Origin: an uncultured Gemmatimonadales bacterium | GTDB lineage: Bacteria > Gemmatimonadota > Gemmatimonadetes > Longimicrobiales > RSA9 | Reading direction: 5' to 3' | Length of the DNA stretch: 64,000 bases | Assembly (NCBI GenBank): GCA_963708135.1 | Contig: OY970192.1 | Coordinates: 4,000,001-4,064,000, forward strand | Part shown: positions 1-8,537 of the stretch, one piece after another | Layout: each line of letters starts with the position of its first letter | Numbering within the stretch: position 1 is the first letter of the stretch | The notes under the pieces: generated by a model | Told to the model about the DNA's origin: nothing | The model's input: only the letters and a program-made list of their open reading frames with translations | The model's database searches: none | Position numbers and translations under genes: made by a program

Positions 1-190
1 CCTCGGAATGCGTGCCGTGCCCGACCTCACCGGCCGGGATCCTAGGGCCTTGTACGAGCGGCTCTCCGACATCCGCGGCGCGCGCATGGACCCTTGCGTC
101 CTCTACACGTTCCGCTGCGCCGTATACTACGCCTCCACGCCGGACCCCGACCCCGAGCTCCTCGCCTGGTGGCGCTGGAAGAACCGGCGC
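1..190 (+). CDS. Cdd1/mitomycin-resistance-like helix-hairpin-helix protein, 5'-truncated by the window edge; no stop before the HAD domain
   Basis: Translation LGMRAVPDLTGRDPRALYERL...DPCVLYTFRCAVYYA...WWRWK matches the family C-terminus as I recall it; the reading frame is open from the window start. Confidence 0.7.
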
Positions 191-283
191 GGCGCGACCG
201 AATCCCCACCGGAAAGCGTCCCTGCACCAGGCGCGACGCCGCGGTTCGCCGCGCGTGAGCCCGGGGAAGATCCCGAGTCCACG

Positions 284-1012
284 ATGACGCCGGCAACCGC
301 TGATCGATCGGGTGCCATGCCGGCCGCGGCATGGGACGCCATCCTCTTCGATCTCGACGGCACCCTCGCCAATACCGTCGAGCTCATCCTCCGCTGCTAC
401 CGCCATACCATGCGCGCACACCTCGGCGCCGAGCGCCCTGACGCGGAGTGGCTCGCCACCATGGGCACTCCCCTCGCCGAGCAGATGCGCGCGTTCGCCC
501 GCTCGGACGAGGAGGGCGCCGCGATGGTCGGCACCTACGTCGCCTTCCAGAAGCAGGTACACGACACCCTCGTCCGGCCGTACCCCGGTGTCCCGTCGGC
601 GCTGGACGCGCTCGCCGACGCGGCGGTACCCATGGCGCTCGTCACCAGCAAGCGGCTCGGAATGACCCGCCGGACCCTCGACGTGTGCGGCATCCTCCAC
701 CACTTCGCCGTCATCGTCACTCCCGACGAGGTCGCCCGCCCCAAGCCCCACCCCGAGTCTGTCCTCGCCGCGCTCGAGCGCCTCGACGCCGGCTCGCCCG
801 AGCGCGTGCTCTTCGTCGGCGACTCCCCCTTCGATCTTGCGGCGGGCCGCGCCGCCGGGACGCGCACCGCCGCCGCCACCTGGGGCCCCTTCTCACGCGA
901 CACCCTTCTCGGGCACGCGCCGGACTTCGTCCTCGACCGCATCGAGGACCTCATGGCCACCTCGCCGGCGAGCGCATCGCGACCCCCGCCACTACGGAGG
1001 CACCCACGCTGA
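284..1012 (+). CDS. HAD family hydrolase (PpaX/phosphoglycolate phosphatase-like)
   Basis: Motifs FDLDGTL, VTSK, KPHP and VGDSPFD; in-frame ATG at 284. Confidence 0.85.
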   Translation: MTPATADRSGAMPAAAWDAILFDLDGTLANTVELILRCYRHTMRAHLGAERPDAEWLATMGTPLAEQMRAFARSDEEGAAMVGTYVAFQKQVHDTLVRPYPGVPSALDALADAAVPMALVTSKRLGMTRRTLDVCGILHHFAVIVTPDEVARPKPHPESVLAALERLDAGSPERVLFVGDSPFDLAAGRAAGTRTAAATWGPFSRDTLLGHAPDFVLDRIEDLMATSPASASRPPPLRRHPR

Positions 1013-1060
1013 CGGCGCCCGCCGGGACGCGAAATGTCGCGCCGGCTCCGCCCTTGCGGC

Positions 1061-2305
1061 TCATTCGTAGCGCAGCGACTCCACCGGGTCCACCGACGCC
1101 GCGCGCCGCGCGGGAAACACTCCTGCCGCGAGGCCGATCATCGTGAGGATCCCCACCGTCGTAAGCGCGATCGGCCACGACAGCTTCGGGTTCGCGATGA
1201 ACTCCATGGCCATGTTCGTCCTGGGCAACGAGCCGACGATCGCCACGATCCCCGACGCCAGCGCGAGCCCCGCCAGGCCCCCAATGAACGCCAGCAGCAG
1301 CGCCTCGAAGACGAACTGCGCCACGATGTGGCGCCGCCGCGCGCCGATCGCCAGCTTCACCCCGATCTCCCGCGTCCGCTCGCGCACCACCACGTACATG
1401 ATGTTGGCCACCCCCACCCCCGCCACCAGCAGCGTGAACGCGCCCACCACACCCAGGAAGATCTGGATGCCCGCGCCAATCAGCCGCGTCATCCGCTCAT
1501 CCTCGAAGAAGTCCCAGATCGCGAGCGCCCGCTCGTCCTTCGGGTCGAAGCGGTATTGGCGCCCGAGGACCTCATAAAGCCGCTGCTTCACCAGCCGGGC
1601 GTCCGCCTCCGTCCGCGGCGCCACCAGCAGCGAACTCACGTGCCGCGTGCCGAAGATCGTGGCGAACGTCGTCGCCGGAATCACTATCCTGTCCGCGTCG
1701 GGCCCGTTGTTCATGCTTGTCTGCAGCTTCTTCTCCATCGTCCCGACGACCGTGAACGGCAGCCCATCCAGAACCAGACGCCGCCCCACCGGGTCCGCCC
1801 CGCCGAAGAGCTGCTTCGCGATCGAGTCGCCCAGGAAGACTACCCGCCGGCGCTGCTCGAGATCACGCTCGTTCAGGAAGCGGCCGCCCGCCACCGGGTA
1901 CATGTGCCGCAGCAGTTCGAACTGCGGCGACACCCCCTCCATGTACCCCGTCGTCCGCACCCGCCCCACCTGCACCGCCACGTTGTCCCGACCGTACGAT
2001 GGGCTCACGAGCCCGATCTCCGGGATCGAGCGCACGAGCAGATCCAGGTCATCCGCCGTTAACCGGATGCTGCGCCCCTTCGGCAGGCCCTCCCATACCC
2101 GGCTCGTCTCCCCGCCCCACACCATGAACATCTTCTCGCCCGCGTTCAGCAATCCCTCCACCACCGCCTGCTTCAGCCCCTCACCGAACGAAAGCAGCAG
2201 CACCACCGCCAGCGTCCCCCACAGCACCGCCAGCGTCGTGAGGGCCGCGCGCAGCTTCTGCGTCCGGAGATCGCCCCAGAACTCCTCGAGAAGGATCCTC
2301 CACAT
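1061..2305 (-). CDS. ABC transporter permease, MacB/FtsX family
   Basis: N-terminal TM, periplasmic domain (GRFLNERD), GVGVANIMYVVVRERTREIGVKLAIGA, C-terminal PARRAASVDPVESLRYE. Confidence 0.92.
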   Translation of the reverse strand: MWRILLEEFWGDLRTQKLRAALTTLAVLWGTLAVVLLLSFGEGLKQAVVEGLLNAGEKMFMVWGGETSRVWEGLPKGRSIRLTADDLDLLVRSIPEIGLVSPSYGRDNVAVQVGRVRTTGYMEGVSPQFELLRHMYPVAGGRFLNERDLEQRRRVVFLGDSIAKQLFGGADPVGRRLVLDGLPFTVVGTMEKKLQTSMNNGPDADRIVIPATTFATIFGTRHVSSLLVAPRTEADARLVKQRLYEVLGRQYRFDPKDERALAIWDFFEDERMTRLIGAGIQIFLGVVGAFTLLVAGVGVANIMYVVVRERTREIGVKLAIGARRRHIVAQFVFEALLLAFIGGLAGLALASGIVAIVGSLPRTNMAMEFIANPKLSWPIALTTVGILTMIGLAAGVFPARRAASVDPVESLRYE

Positions 2306-2309
2306 GCGC

Positions 2310-3543
2310 CTACCCCCGCATGCACTCGACTGGATCCAGCGCCGCGGCCTTGCGCGCCGGAAACAGCCCCGCCAGGAACGCTACTCCGCCCAGCAGCGCT
2401 ACGGTGCCCGCCAGCGCCACCGGCGAAAGCATCGGAACCCCCACGCTGTCCTGCAGCGGCAGCCGCGCCGCAATCTTCACCACACCTACGCTGAACGCCA
2501 GCCCGAGCACGGCGCCGACTCCCACGATCAGGAACGTCTCGCCGATGAACTGCCCCAGGATGTCCCGACGCGTCGCGCCCAGCGAGCGCTTGATCCCGAT
2601 CTCGTGCCGCCGCTCCCGCACCACCACGTACATGATGTTCGCGACCCCGATCCCGCCCACCAGCAGCGTGAAGCTGCCTACGATGGCGAGGAAGAGGTTG
2701 AAGCCGCCGAACAGGTAACGGAACATCTTCATCTGCTCCGTCGTGTCCCACACGCCGAGCGCGTCCTCGTCCGTCGGATTGAACTTGTCCCGCCGCCCCA
2801 GCACCCGGTACATCCCGCGTCTGGCTGGCCTTCGACACCCGCGGATCTACCGGCTTGTAGACGATGTTGTGCAGCGTGCGTGCGCCGAACACCGCCCGGA
2901 AAGTGCTCGCCGGCATGAACAGGCGGCTTTGGTCCCGCGCGCTGTAGGAGCTGTTCTGCGTCTTGTGACGCATGACGCCCACCACCGTGAACGGCACGCC
3001 ACCGACCTCGATCTGCCTCCCGACGGCCGCGCCATCTCCGAACAGCAGCCGCTTCACCTCGTCCCCCAGCACCGCCACGCGGCGCCGCTCCTGCAGGTCG
3101 ATCGCATCGAGGAACCGCCCGCCCGCGTCCACGTTGATGTTGCGCATCTGCCCGTACACCGGCGTCACGCCCGTCACATACGGGCTCGTCGTCGCCTTTC
3201 CCCACCGCACCGGCGTGCCCCACCGGCCGTACTCGGGGCTGATCTGCCCGATCTCCGGCACATCGCGCTGGAGCGCTCCCACGTCCTCCTCGCGCAGCTG
3301 GATCGAGCGGCCGTCGGGGAAGCCCTGGAACGGCTTCGTCGTCTTCCCGCCGAACACGATCACGATGCCGTCGCCGAGCCCGCGCGCGTTGCGTGTCATC
3401 TGCACCTGCAGCCCGACCCCGAACGCTAGCAGCACCACCACCGCCACGGTGCCCCAGGTGATCCCGAGTACCGTCAGCGCCGTGCGCAGCCGCTGCGTGC
3501 GTACGTCGTCCACGAACTGGTCCAGCAGAGCCCGCATGCGCAT
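2310..3543 (-). pseudogene. Second MacB/FtsX-family permease, split by a 1-nt frameshift (or sequencing error) at about 2814-2816
   Basis: MRMRALLDQF... from ATG 3543 runs to ...SKASQTR, then continues in another frame as MYRVLGRRDKF...GIGVANIM; removing one G from CGGGATG restores a continuous ORF. Confidence 0.85.
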
Positions 3544-3545
3544 GG

Positions 3546-4640
3546 CTACTTGACGTCCATGACCGGCTTCTCCAGCACCTTCTCGCCCGCCTTCAGCCCC
3601 GACAGCACCTCGATGTTGATCGCATCGCTCAGCCCGGTCCGGATCACCCGCTTCTGCTCCTTGCCGTCCGGCCCCGGCACCTTCACCCACGCCGTGTCGC
3701 CGTCGAACGTCACCACCCGCTCCGGGATCTGCAGGACGGCTTCCTTGCGCTGGATGATGATCTCCGCGTTCGCCGAGTAGCCCGCGCGCAGCATCGCACC
3801 GCCCGTCAACGTCAGCCGGATCTCCACCGGGAACGTCGTCGCCGTCTCGTCCTTCTTGGCCTTCAGGCTGATCTTCGCGAGCACGCCCCGGATCTTCTCG
3901 TCCGGCAGCGCGCCCACCTTGATCTCGACGGGCATCCCCTCGCGCAGCCGCCCCACGTCGATCTCGTCCACGTCGCCCCGGAAGATCAGGTGCTTCATGT
4001 CCGCCATGGTCATGAGCACGGTGCCTTCCTGGTAGGTGCTCAGCGGCACCACCGGGTCGCCCACCTCCACCTTCTTCTCCAGGATGTAGCCGGAGATCGG
4101 CGCCCGGACGAGGCTCTCGATCTCGCTGTTCGAGATCGTGACCTTCCCCTTCTCCATTAGCGCCAGCTTCTCTCTCGCCATCTCCACCTGCACCGCCGCC
4201 TGGTCGTACGCCTGCTTTGTCGCGTCGAACGCCTGCGGAGCCACCAGCCCCTGCTTGCGAAGGTCCTCCTGCCGACCCAGGTCCCGCTTCTGCGCCTCCA
4301 GGTCCAGCTGCCGCAGCTCCAGCTGACGGCGCGCCTCCGCCAGCTCCAGCGGAGTCGGGTCCGGCTTGATCTCCAGCAGCGGCGCCCCAGCCTCCACATA
4401 GTCGCCGGGATCCGCGAAGCGACGCTTCACCACGCCCGAGATCTTCGACTTGACGCTGACCTCCACGTCCGGCTGGATCGTGCCCACCGCCAGCGCCCGG
4501 TCCACCAGCGTGCCGCGCGTGACGGTCACCGTCCGACCGCCGTCCTTGGGCGCGCCCTCGGCGCTCTTCAACGCGATGCCGCCCCCGAACAGCACCACCG
4601 GCAGGCCTACGCCGAGGGCGATCTTCCATCGTCTCTTCAT
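3546..4640 (-). CDS. Efflux periplasmic adaptor subunit (MacA/HlyD family)
   Basis: MKRRWKIALG signal anchor, VSVKSKISGVV, coiled coil, VRAPISG, VDEIDVG, TGLSD..IEVLSGL. Confidence 0.9.
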   Translation of the reverse strand: MKRRWKIALGVGLPVVLFGGGIALKSAEGAPKDGGRTVTVTRGTLVDRALAVGTIQPDVEVSVKSKISGVVKRRFADPGDYVEAGAPLLEIKPDPTPLELAEARRQLELRQLDLEAQKRDLGRQEDLRKQGLVAPQAFDATKQAYDQAAVQVEMAREKLALMEKGKVTISNSEIESLVRAPISGYILEKKVEVGDPVVPLSTYQEGTVLMTMADMKHLIFRGDVDEIDVGRLREGMPVEIKVGALPDEKIRGVLAKISLKAKKDETATTFPVEIRLTLTGGAMLRAGYSANAEIIIQRKEAVLQIPERVVTFDGDTAWVKVPGPDGKEQKRVIRTGLSDAINIEVLSGLKAGEKVLEKPVMDVK

Positions 4641-4884
4641 GGCTGGAGCTCCGTTCCGATCAGGCGCGAGGCCGGCGCCCCCCCCACGCCGGCCCACTCC
4701 CGTACGCCACGGTCCGGCGACCGGTTTCAGAGCCGCTCCCGCTCGGGACCACGCGCCGGCTCCGCCTTCCTCGCCGGCCGGCGCCCCGCGTGCCCCTTGC
4801 GCAGCCCCCACGCCGTTGACCCGCCCTCCCGCCGCATCTAGCTTCCTCCTTTCACCCACGGCCCCCTGATCCCGACCGCCAGAA

Positions 4885-5937
4885 ATGAAGCCCGTCTCCT
4901 TTCTTGCAGCCGCGCTCCTCGCGGCCGCGGCCGGACCGCTGCGGGCCCAGCGCCCGGAGGCGCTCTGGTACGCGACGGCTGGGGAGGAGAGCGTCCGCAG
5001 CTTCCTCGAGCACGCCGACCAGGTCTCCATCGTTGCGCCCCAGACCTACAAGCTCGACGAGAGCGGCACCGTCTGGGGCTCGGTCGATCCTCGGCTCCTC
5101 GACGCCGCCCGCGAGCATCACGTGAAGGTCGTGCCCCTCATCGTGAACCCCGGCTTCGACCAGCCTCTGATCCATCACGTCCTGACCACGCCGGACGCCC
5201 GCGACCGCGCCGTCATGGCCATCGCCGACCTGTGCCGCAACGAGCACTTCGACGGCATCCAGTTCGACTTCGAGAACATCAACGCCGCGGATCGCGACGC
5301 CTTCACCGACTTCTTCCGCCGCACCGCGGACGCGCTCCACGCCGTGAGCTGCACCGCCAGCGTCGCCGTCGTGCCACGGGCCGCCGAGTTCCCCGGCCCG
5401 ACCTCGTATCACCACTGGATCTACGAGAACTGGCGGGCCGCGTACGACTACGCGAAGCTCGCCCAGGCGGCCGATTTCCTCTCGCTCATGACGTACGATC
5501 AGCATACCGGGAACACGCCGCCCGGACCCGTCGCCGGCGTGCCCTGGATGGAGAGCGTCGTGGACTTCCTGCTCGCGCAGGGCGTGCCGCCGGCAAAGAT
5601 CTCCCTCGGCATCCCCTCGTATTCCGTCCACTGGTTCCCCTCCTGGGACGCGCGGGGCGGCGCCCGCGTGGCGGCCCGCCAGCTGCCGTGGAGAACGGCC
5701 GATGGGCTCCTGCAGGCCAACCACGCCAAGCCGGTCTGGGATGACACGGCCCGCGTCTTCCACGCCCGCTGGATGAACGACGGCGTGGACGAGTACCTCT
5801 ACCTCGAGGACGCTGCCTCCTTCCGCGCCAAGCGCAGCATCGTGGCGGCGCGCCATCTGCGCGGCTACTCCGTCTGGGTGCTCGGCTCCGAGGACCCCGC
5901 CGTCTGGACCATGCTTCGCGGGCTCGGCGGGCGCTGA
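4885..5937 (+). CDS. Secreted glycoside hydrolase family 18
   Basis: Signal peptide, catalytic DGIQFDFE, MTYDQH, LGIPSY, C-terminal SVWVLG. Confidence 0.88.
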   Translation: MKPVSFLAAALLAAAAGPLRAQRPEALWYATAGEESVRSFLEHADQVSIVAPQTYKLDESGTVWGSVDPRLLDAAREHHVKVVPLIVNPGFDQPLIHHVLTTPDARDRAVMAIADLCRNEHFDGIQFDFENINAADRDAFTDFFRRTADALHAVSCTASVAVVPRAAEFPGPTSYHHWIYENWRAAYDYAKLAQAADFLSLMTYDQHTGNTPPGPVAGVPWMESVVDFLLAQGVPPAKISLGIPSYSVHWFPSWDARGGARVAARQLPWRTADGLLQANHAKPVWDDTARVFHARWMNDGVDEYLYLEDAASFRAKRSIVAARHLRGYSVWVLGSEDPAVWTMLRGLGGR

Positions 5938-6650
5938 TGGCCCGCGGCATCGCCCTCGTCCTGGTGGATTTCGACGACACCCTCGTCGAAACCGCGCCCC
6001 GGTTCCTCGGCGCCCGGCGCGCCCTCTTCGCCCGTCTCGCCGAGCTCGGCTTCTCCGAGGAGGGGGCGAGCGAAGTGCACCATGAGCGGGTGGAGCGGGA
6101 CATGATGCGGCGCTATGGCCTGGGGCCGGCCCGGCTCGAGCATTCCTTCCGGGAGACTTACATGGTTCTCTGCGAGGAGGCCGGGTCTCGGCCGGATGGC
6201 GACGTCGCCGCCGCGCTCGCCGGGCTCGGCCGCACCGTCGCGGGCACCCCGCCCGCCATCGACGGCGCGATCGACGCCCTGCGCGCCCTCGCCGCCGAGG
6301 TGCCGACGGTCCTCTACACGCAGGCCGGCGACGCCGACTACCAGCTCGGCTGCGTGCGCGAGACCGGCGTGCTCGAGGTGCTCCCTGCCGAGCACGTCCG
6401 CATCTGCCCGCGCAAGACCGCCGAGGCGTTCCGCGAGGCGGTCGGCCACTACGGCGTGCCTGCCGAGGAGGCCTGGATGGTGGGAAACAGCATCCGCAGC
6501 GACGTGAATCCCGCCCTCGCCGCCGGCGCCAACGCGATTCTCATCGAGCTCGACGACCCCTGGGAGTTCGACCTCGTCGAGCCGCTCTCGGACGGCTTCG
6601 TGCGCGTCCGCTCCTTCCCCGAGGCCGTCCGTTTCCTGCTGGAGCGATGA
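5937..6650 (+). CDS. HAD family hydrolase
   Basis: VDFDDTL and WMVGNSIRSDVNPAL motifs; start overlaps the GH18 stop. Confidence 0.85.
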   Translation: MARGIALVLVDFDDTLVETAPRFLGARRALFARLAELGFSEEGASEVHHERVERDMMRRYGLGPARLEHSFRETYMVLCEEAGSRPDGDVAAALAGLGRTVAGTPPAIDGAIDALRALAAEVPTVLYTQAGDADYQLGCVRETGVLEVLPAEHVRICPRKTAEAFREAVGHYGVPAEEAWMVGNSIRSDVNPALAAGANAILIELDDPWEFDLVEPLSDGFVRVRSFPEAVRFLLER

Positions 6651-6651
6651 C

Positions 6652-7083
6652 ATGCACGTGAAGCTCGCCGTGGTCGCCGATTACGCCAATGTCAGCACCG
6701 ACGGAAAGCTCAACATCCTGGGCATCTTCGAGCGCATCCACGTGACGGAGCTGCCGGCCGTGCATCCACAGATGCACCTCGTGCTCCGCCTCGAGGCGCA
6801 CCCCGCCGAGCGCGACCGGCCGCACGGCGTGGAGATCCGCCTCCAGGACCCGGACGGCCAGACCATCTTCCAGCTCGGCGGCGAGATCGTACCGCGCGGG
6901 CCCGCCGGCCAGACGATCCTCAACAATCAGATCCTGACCATCAACAACCTCGCAATCGGCAAGGTCGGTGAGTACAATTTCGTCATCTTCGTCGACAATG
7001 ACCTGAAGGCGGAGACGCCGCTCTCCGTCGCCTTCGCCGCGGAGCCGCCCGCCGTCGGGGAGGGTGCCGGTCCGATCATGTGA
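6652..7083 (+). CDS. Conserved hypothetical protein (DUF6941-like, beta-rich)
   Basis: ADYANVSTDGKLNILGIF motif; host-like codon use; operonic spacing. Confidence 0.7.
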   Translation: MHVKLAVVADYANVSTDGKLNILGIFERIHVTELPAVHPQMHLVLRLEAHPAERDRPHGVEIRLQDPDGQTIFQLGGEIVPRGPAGQTILNNQILTINNLAIGKVGEYNFVIFVDNDLKAETPLSVAFAAEPPAVGEGAGPIM

Positions 7084-7151
7084 CGCGCCGCCGCGCGACA
7101 CCCGCGCGGCCCTCGCGGGTATGAACGCCTTCACCACGACCCGGGGATCCA

Positions 7152-7625
7152 ATGCTCGACGAGATCAAGACGAAAATCGCCGACGAGATCGACCGCCTGC
7201 AGTACGAGCTCACGGTGACGCTTCCCGCTGCCATCCAGAAGGCGGTGGAGCTCGGCGACCTGCGCGAGAACGCCGACTACAAGTCGTCGCTCGAGCGCCA
7301 GCAGTTCGTGCAGGCGCGCATCGGCCACCTGAGCCAGCGCCTCTCCGAGCTCTCCAAGATCGACCTCGCCGCCATCCCCGACGACCGCGTGGGCTTCGGT
7401 TCCAGGGTCACGCTCCGCGATCTACGCAGCGGCGAGGAGATGACCTACACCATCGCCGCCGGCGACTACATCGACCTCGACGCCGGCCACATCTCGATGG
7501 CCTCCCCCGTGGGCCGCGGCCTCATGGGCCACCGCACGGGCGATGAGGTCGCCATCGACCTCCCCGCCGGCACCCGGACCTACAGGGTCCTCGACCTCGT
7601 GACCCTCCCCCAGATGGTCAAGTAG
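7152..7625 (+). CDS. greA: Transcription elongation factor GreA/GreB
   Basis: GDLRENADY, VGFGSRVTL, ISMASPVGRGLMG. Confidence 0.9.
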   Translation: MLDEIKTKIADEIDRLQYELTVTLPAAIQKAVELGDLRENADYKSSLERQQFVQARIGHLSQRLSELSKIDLAAIPDDRVGFGSRVTLRDLRSGEEMTYTIAAGDYIDLDAGHISMASPVGRGLMGHRTGDEVAIDLPAGTRTYRVLDLVTLPQMVK

Positions 7626-7656
7626 GCGGTCCGACCTCCGGAAGCCGACAGCCCAC

Positions 7657-8425
7657 TCAACCCACCTCGTCCCGGATACCCTCCACCACCCGGTCGGCGA
7701 GCGCCATGACGGTCAGGTACGGGTTGATCTCCACGGAGTCCGGGAACAGGCTGGCGTCCGCCACCCGCAGCCACCCCATCCCGTGCACCCGGCCCCACGC
7801 ATCCGTCACCGAATCGGCCGCGCTCCGCCCCATGCCGCAGCCGCCCATGAGGTGCGCCGCGGATACGCTCGTCTTTCCCGGCCTGAAGTGCCGCGCCTGG
7901 ATGAGCGCTTCGACCTCGGCCGCGTCGCGCCGCTCGATCAGGGGTGGATCAGCCGACCGGGCATGGACGCGCCGGGCACCTGCGCCGAAGAAGATCCGTG
8001 CAGAGGCCCGCGTCGCCCTGACCATGGACTCGATCACGGGGCGCGTGAGCCGGTAGTGGACGACCGGCCGGCCGGACCGGTCCACCGTCACCCGATTCCT
8101 CTGCACGGCGCGGTCGCACGCGAGCGCACCCCTCGACGAAGAGCCGGTTGTTGTCGTTGATCTCGGCATCCGATAGCAGGTGCACGTGGTTCTGCTCCAT
8201 GTACCTTCCCGAGCGACGCACCACGTCGGCATGCTCGAGGCCCTCGACCGCCCACTTCGAGGTCACCCGCTCCGGCGCCACGAGCGACGTCCCGGTGTAC
8301 ACGACCGTGGAGCCGCCGTACGCCCGCCCGAAGGCCAGCCTCATCGCCCCGTCCGCCGTGAGGAACCCACCCCCGTCCGCATAGAGCGCGGCCGCCATCT
8401 CCAGCTCGCGCCCCGTGAACTCGCC
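7657..8425 (-). pseudogene. GMC family oxidoreductase remnant (5'-truncated and internally deleted)
   Basis: Fragment GRAYGGSTVVYTG...NRLFVEGC joined out of frame near 8125 to the C-terminal fragment AHLMGGCGMG...ADASLFP..INPYLTVMALA; no FAD-binding GxGxxG N-terminus. Confidence 0.75.
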
Positions 8426-8460
8426 AGCCCCACGCTCGCCCGCGGTTGCATTTGCCGTTG

Positions 8461-8495
8461 AACAAGAAGAGGCCCTGTCTCGCGACAGGGCCTCT
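8461..8495 (-). terminator. Rho-independent terminator of the large surface lipoprotein gene
   Basis: Perfect 12-bp stem AGAGGCCCTGTC/GACAGGGCCTCT with a 4-nt loop, followed on the minus strand by a T-rich tract (TCTTGTT). Confidence 0.85.
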
Positions 8496-8537
8496 CCCCT
8501 CCTGCGTGCTACCGGTGTTGCTTCAGGCGGCTATGGC

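Noticed and set aside
2173..4629. 818-aa ORF
   Set aside because: Only about 2817-3543 is real (permease N-terminal part); the rest is out-of-frame overlap with neighbouring genes
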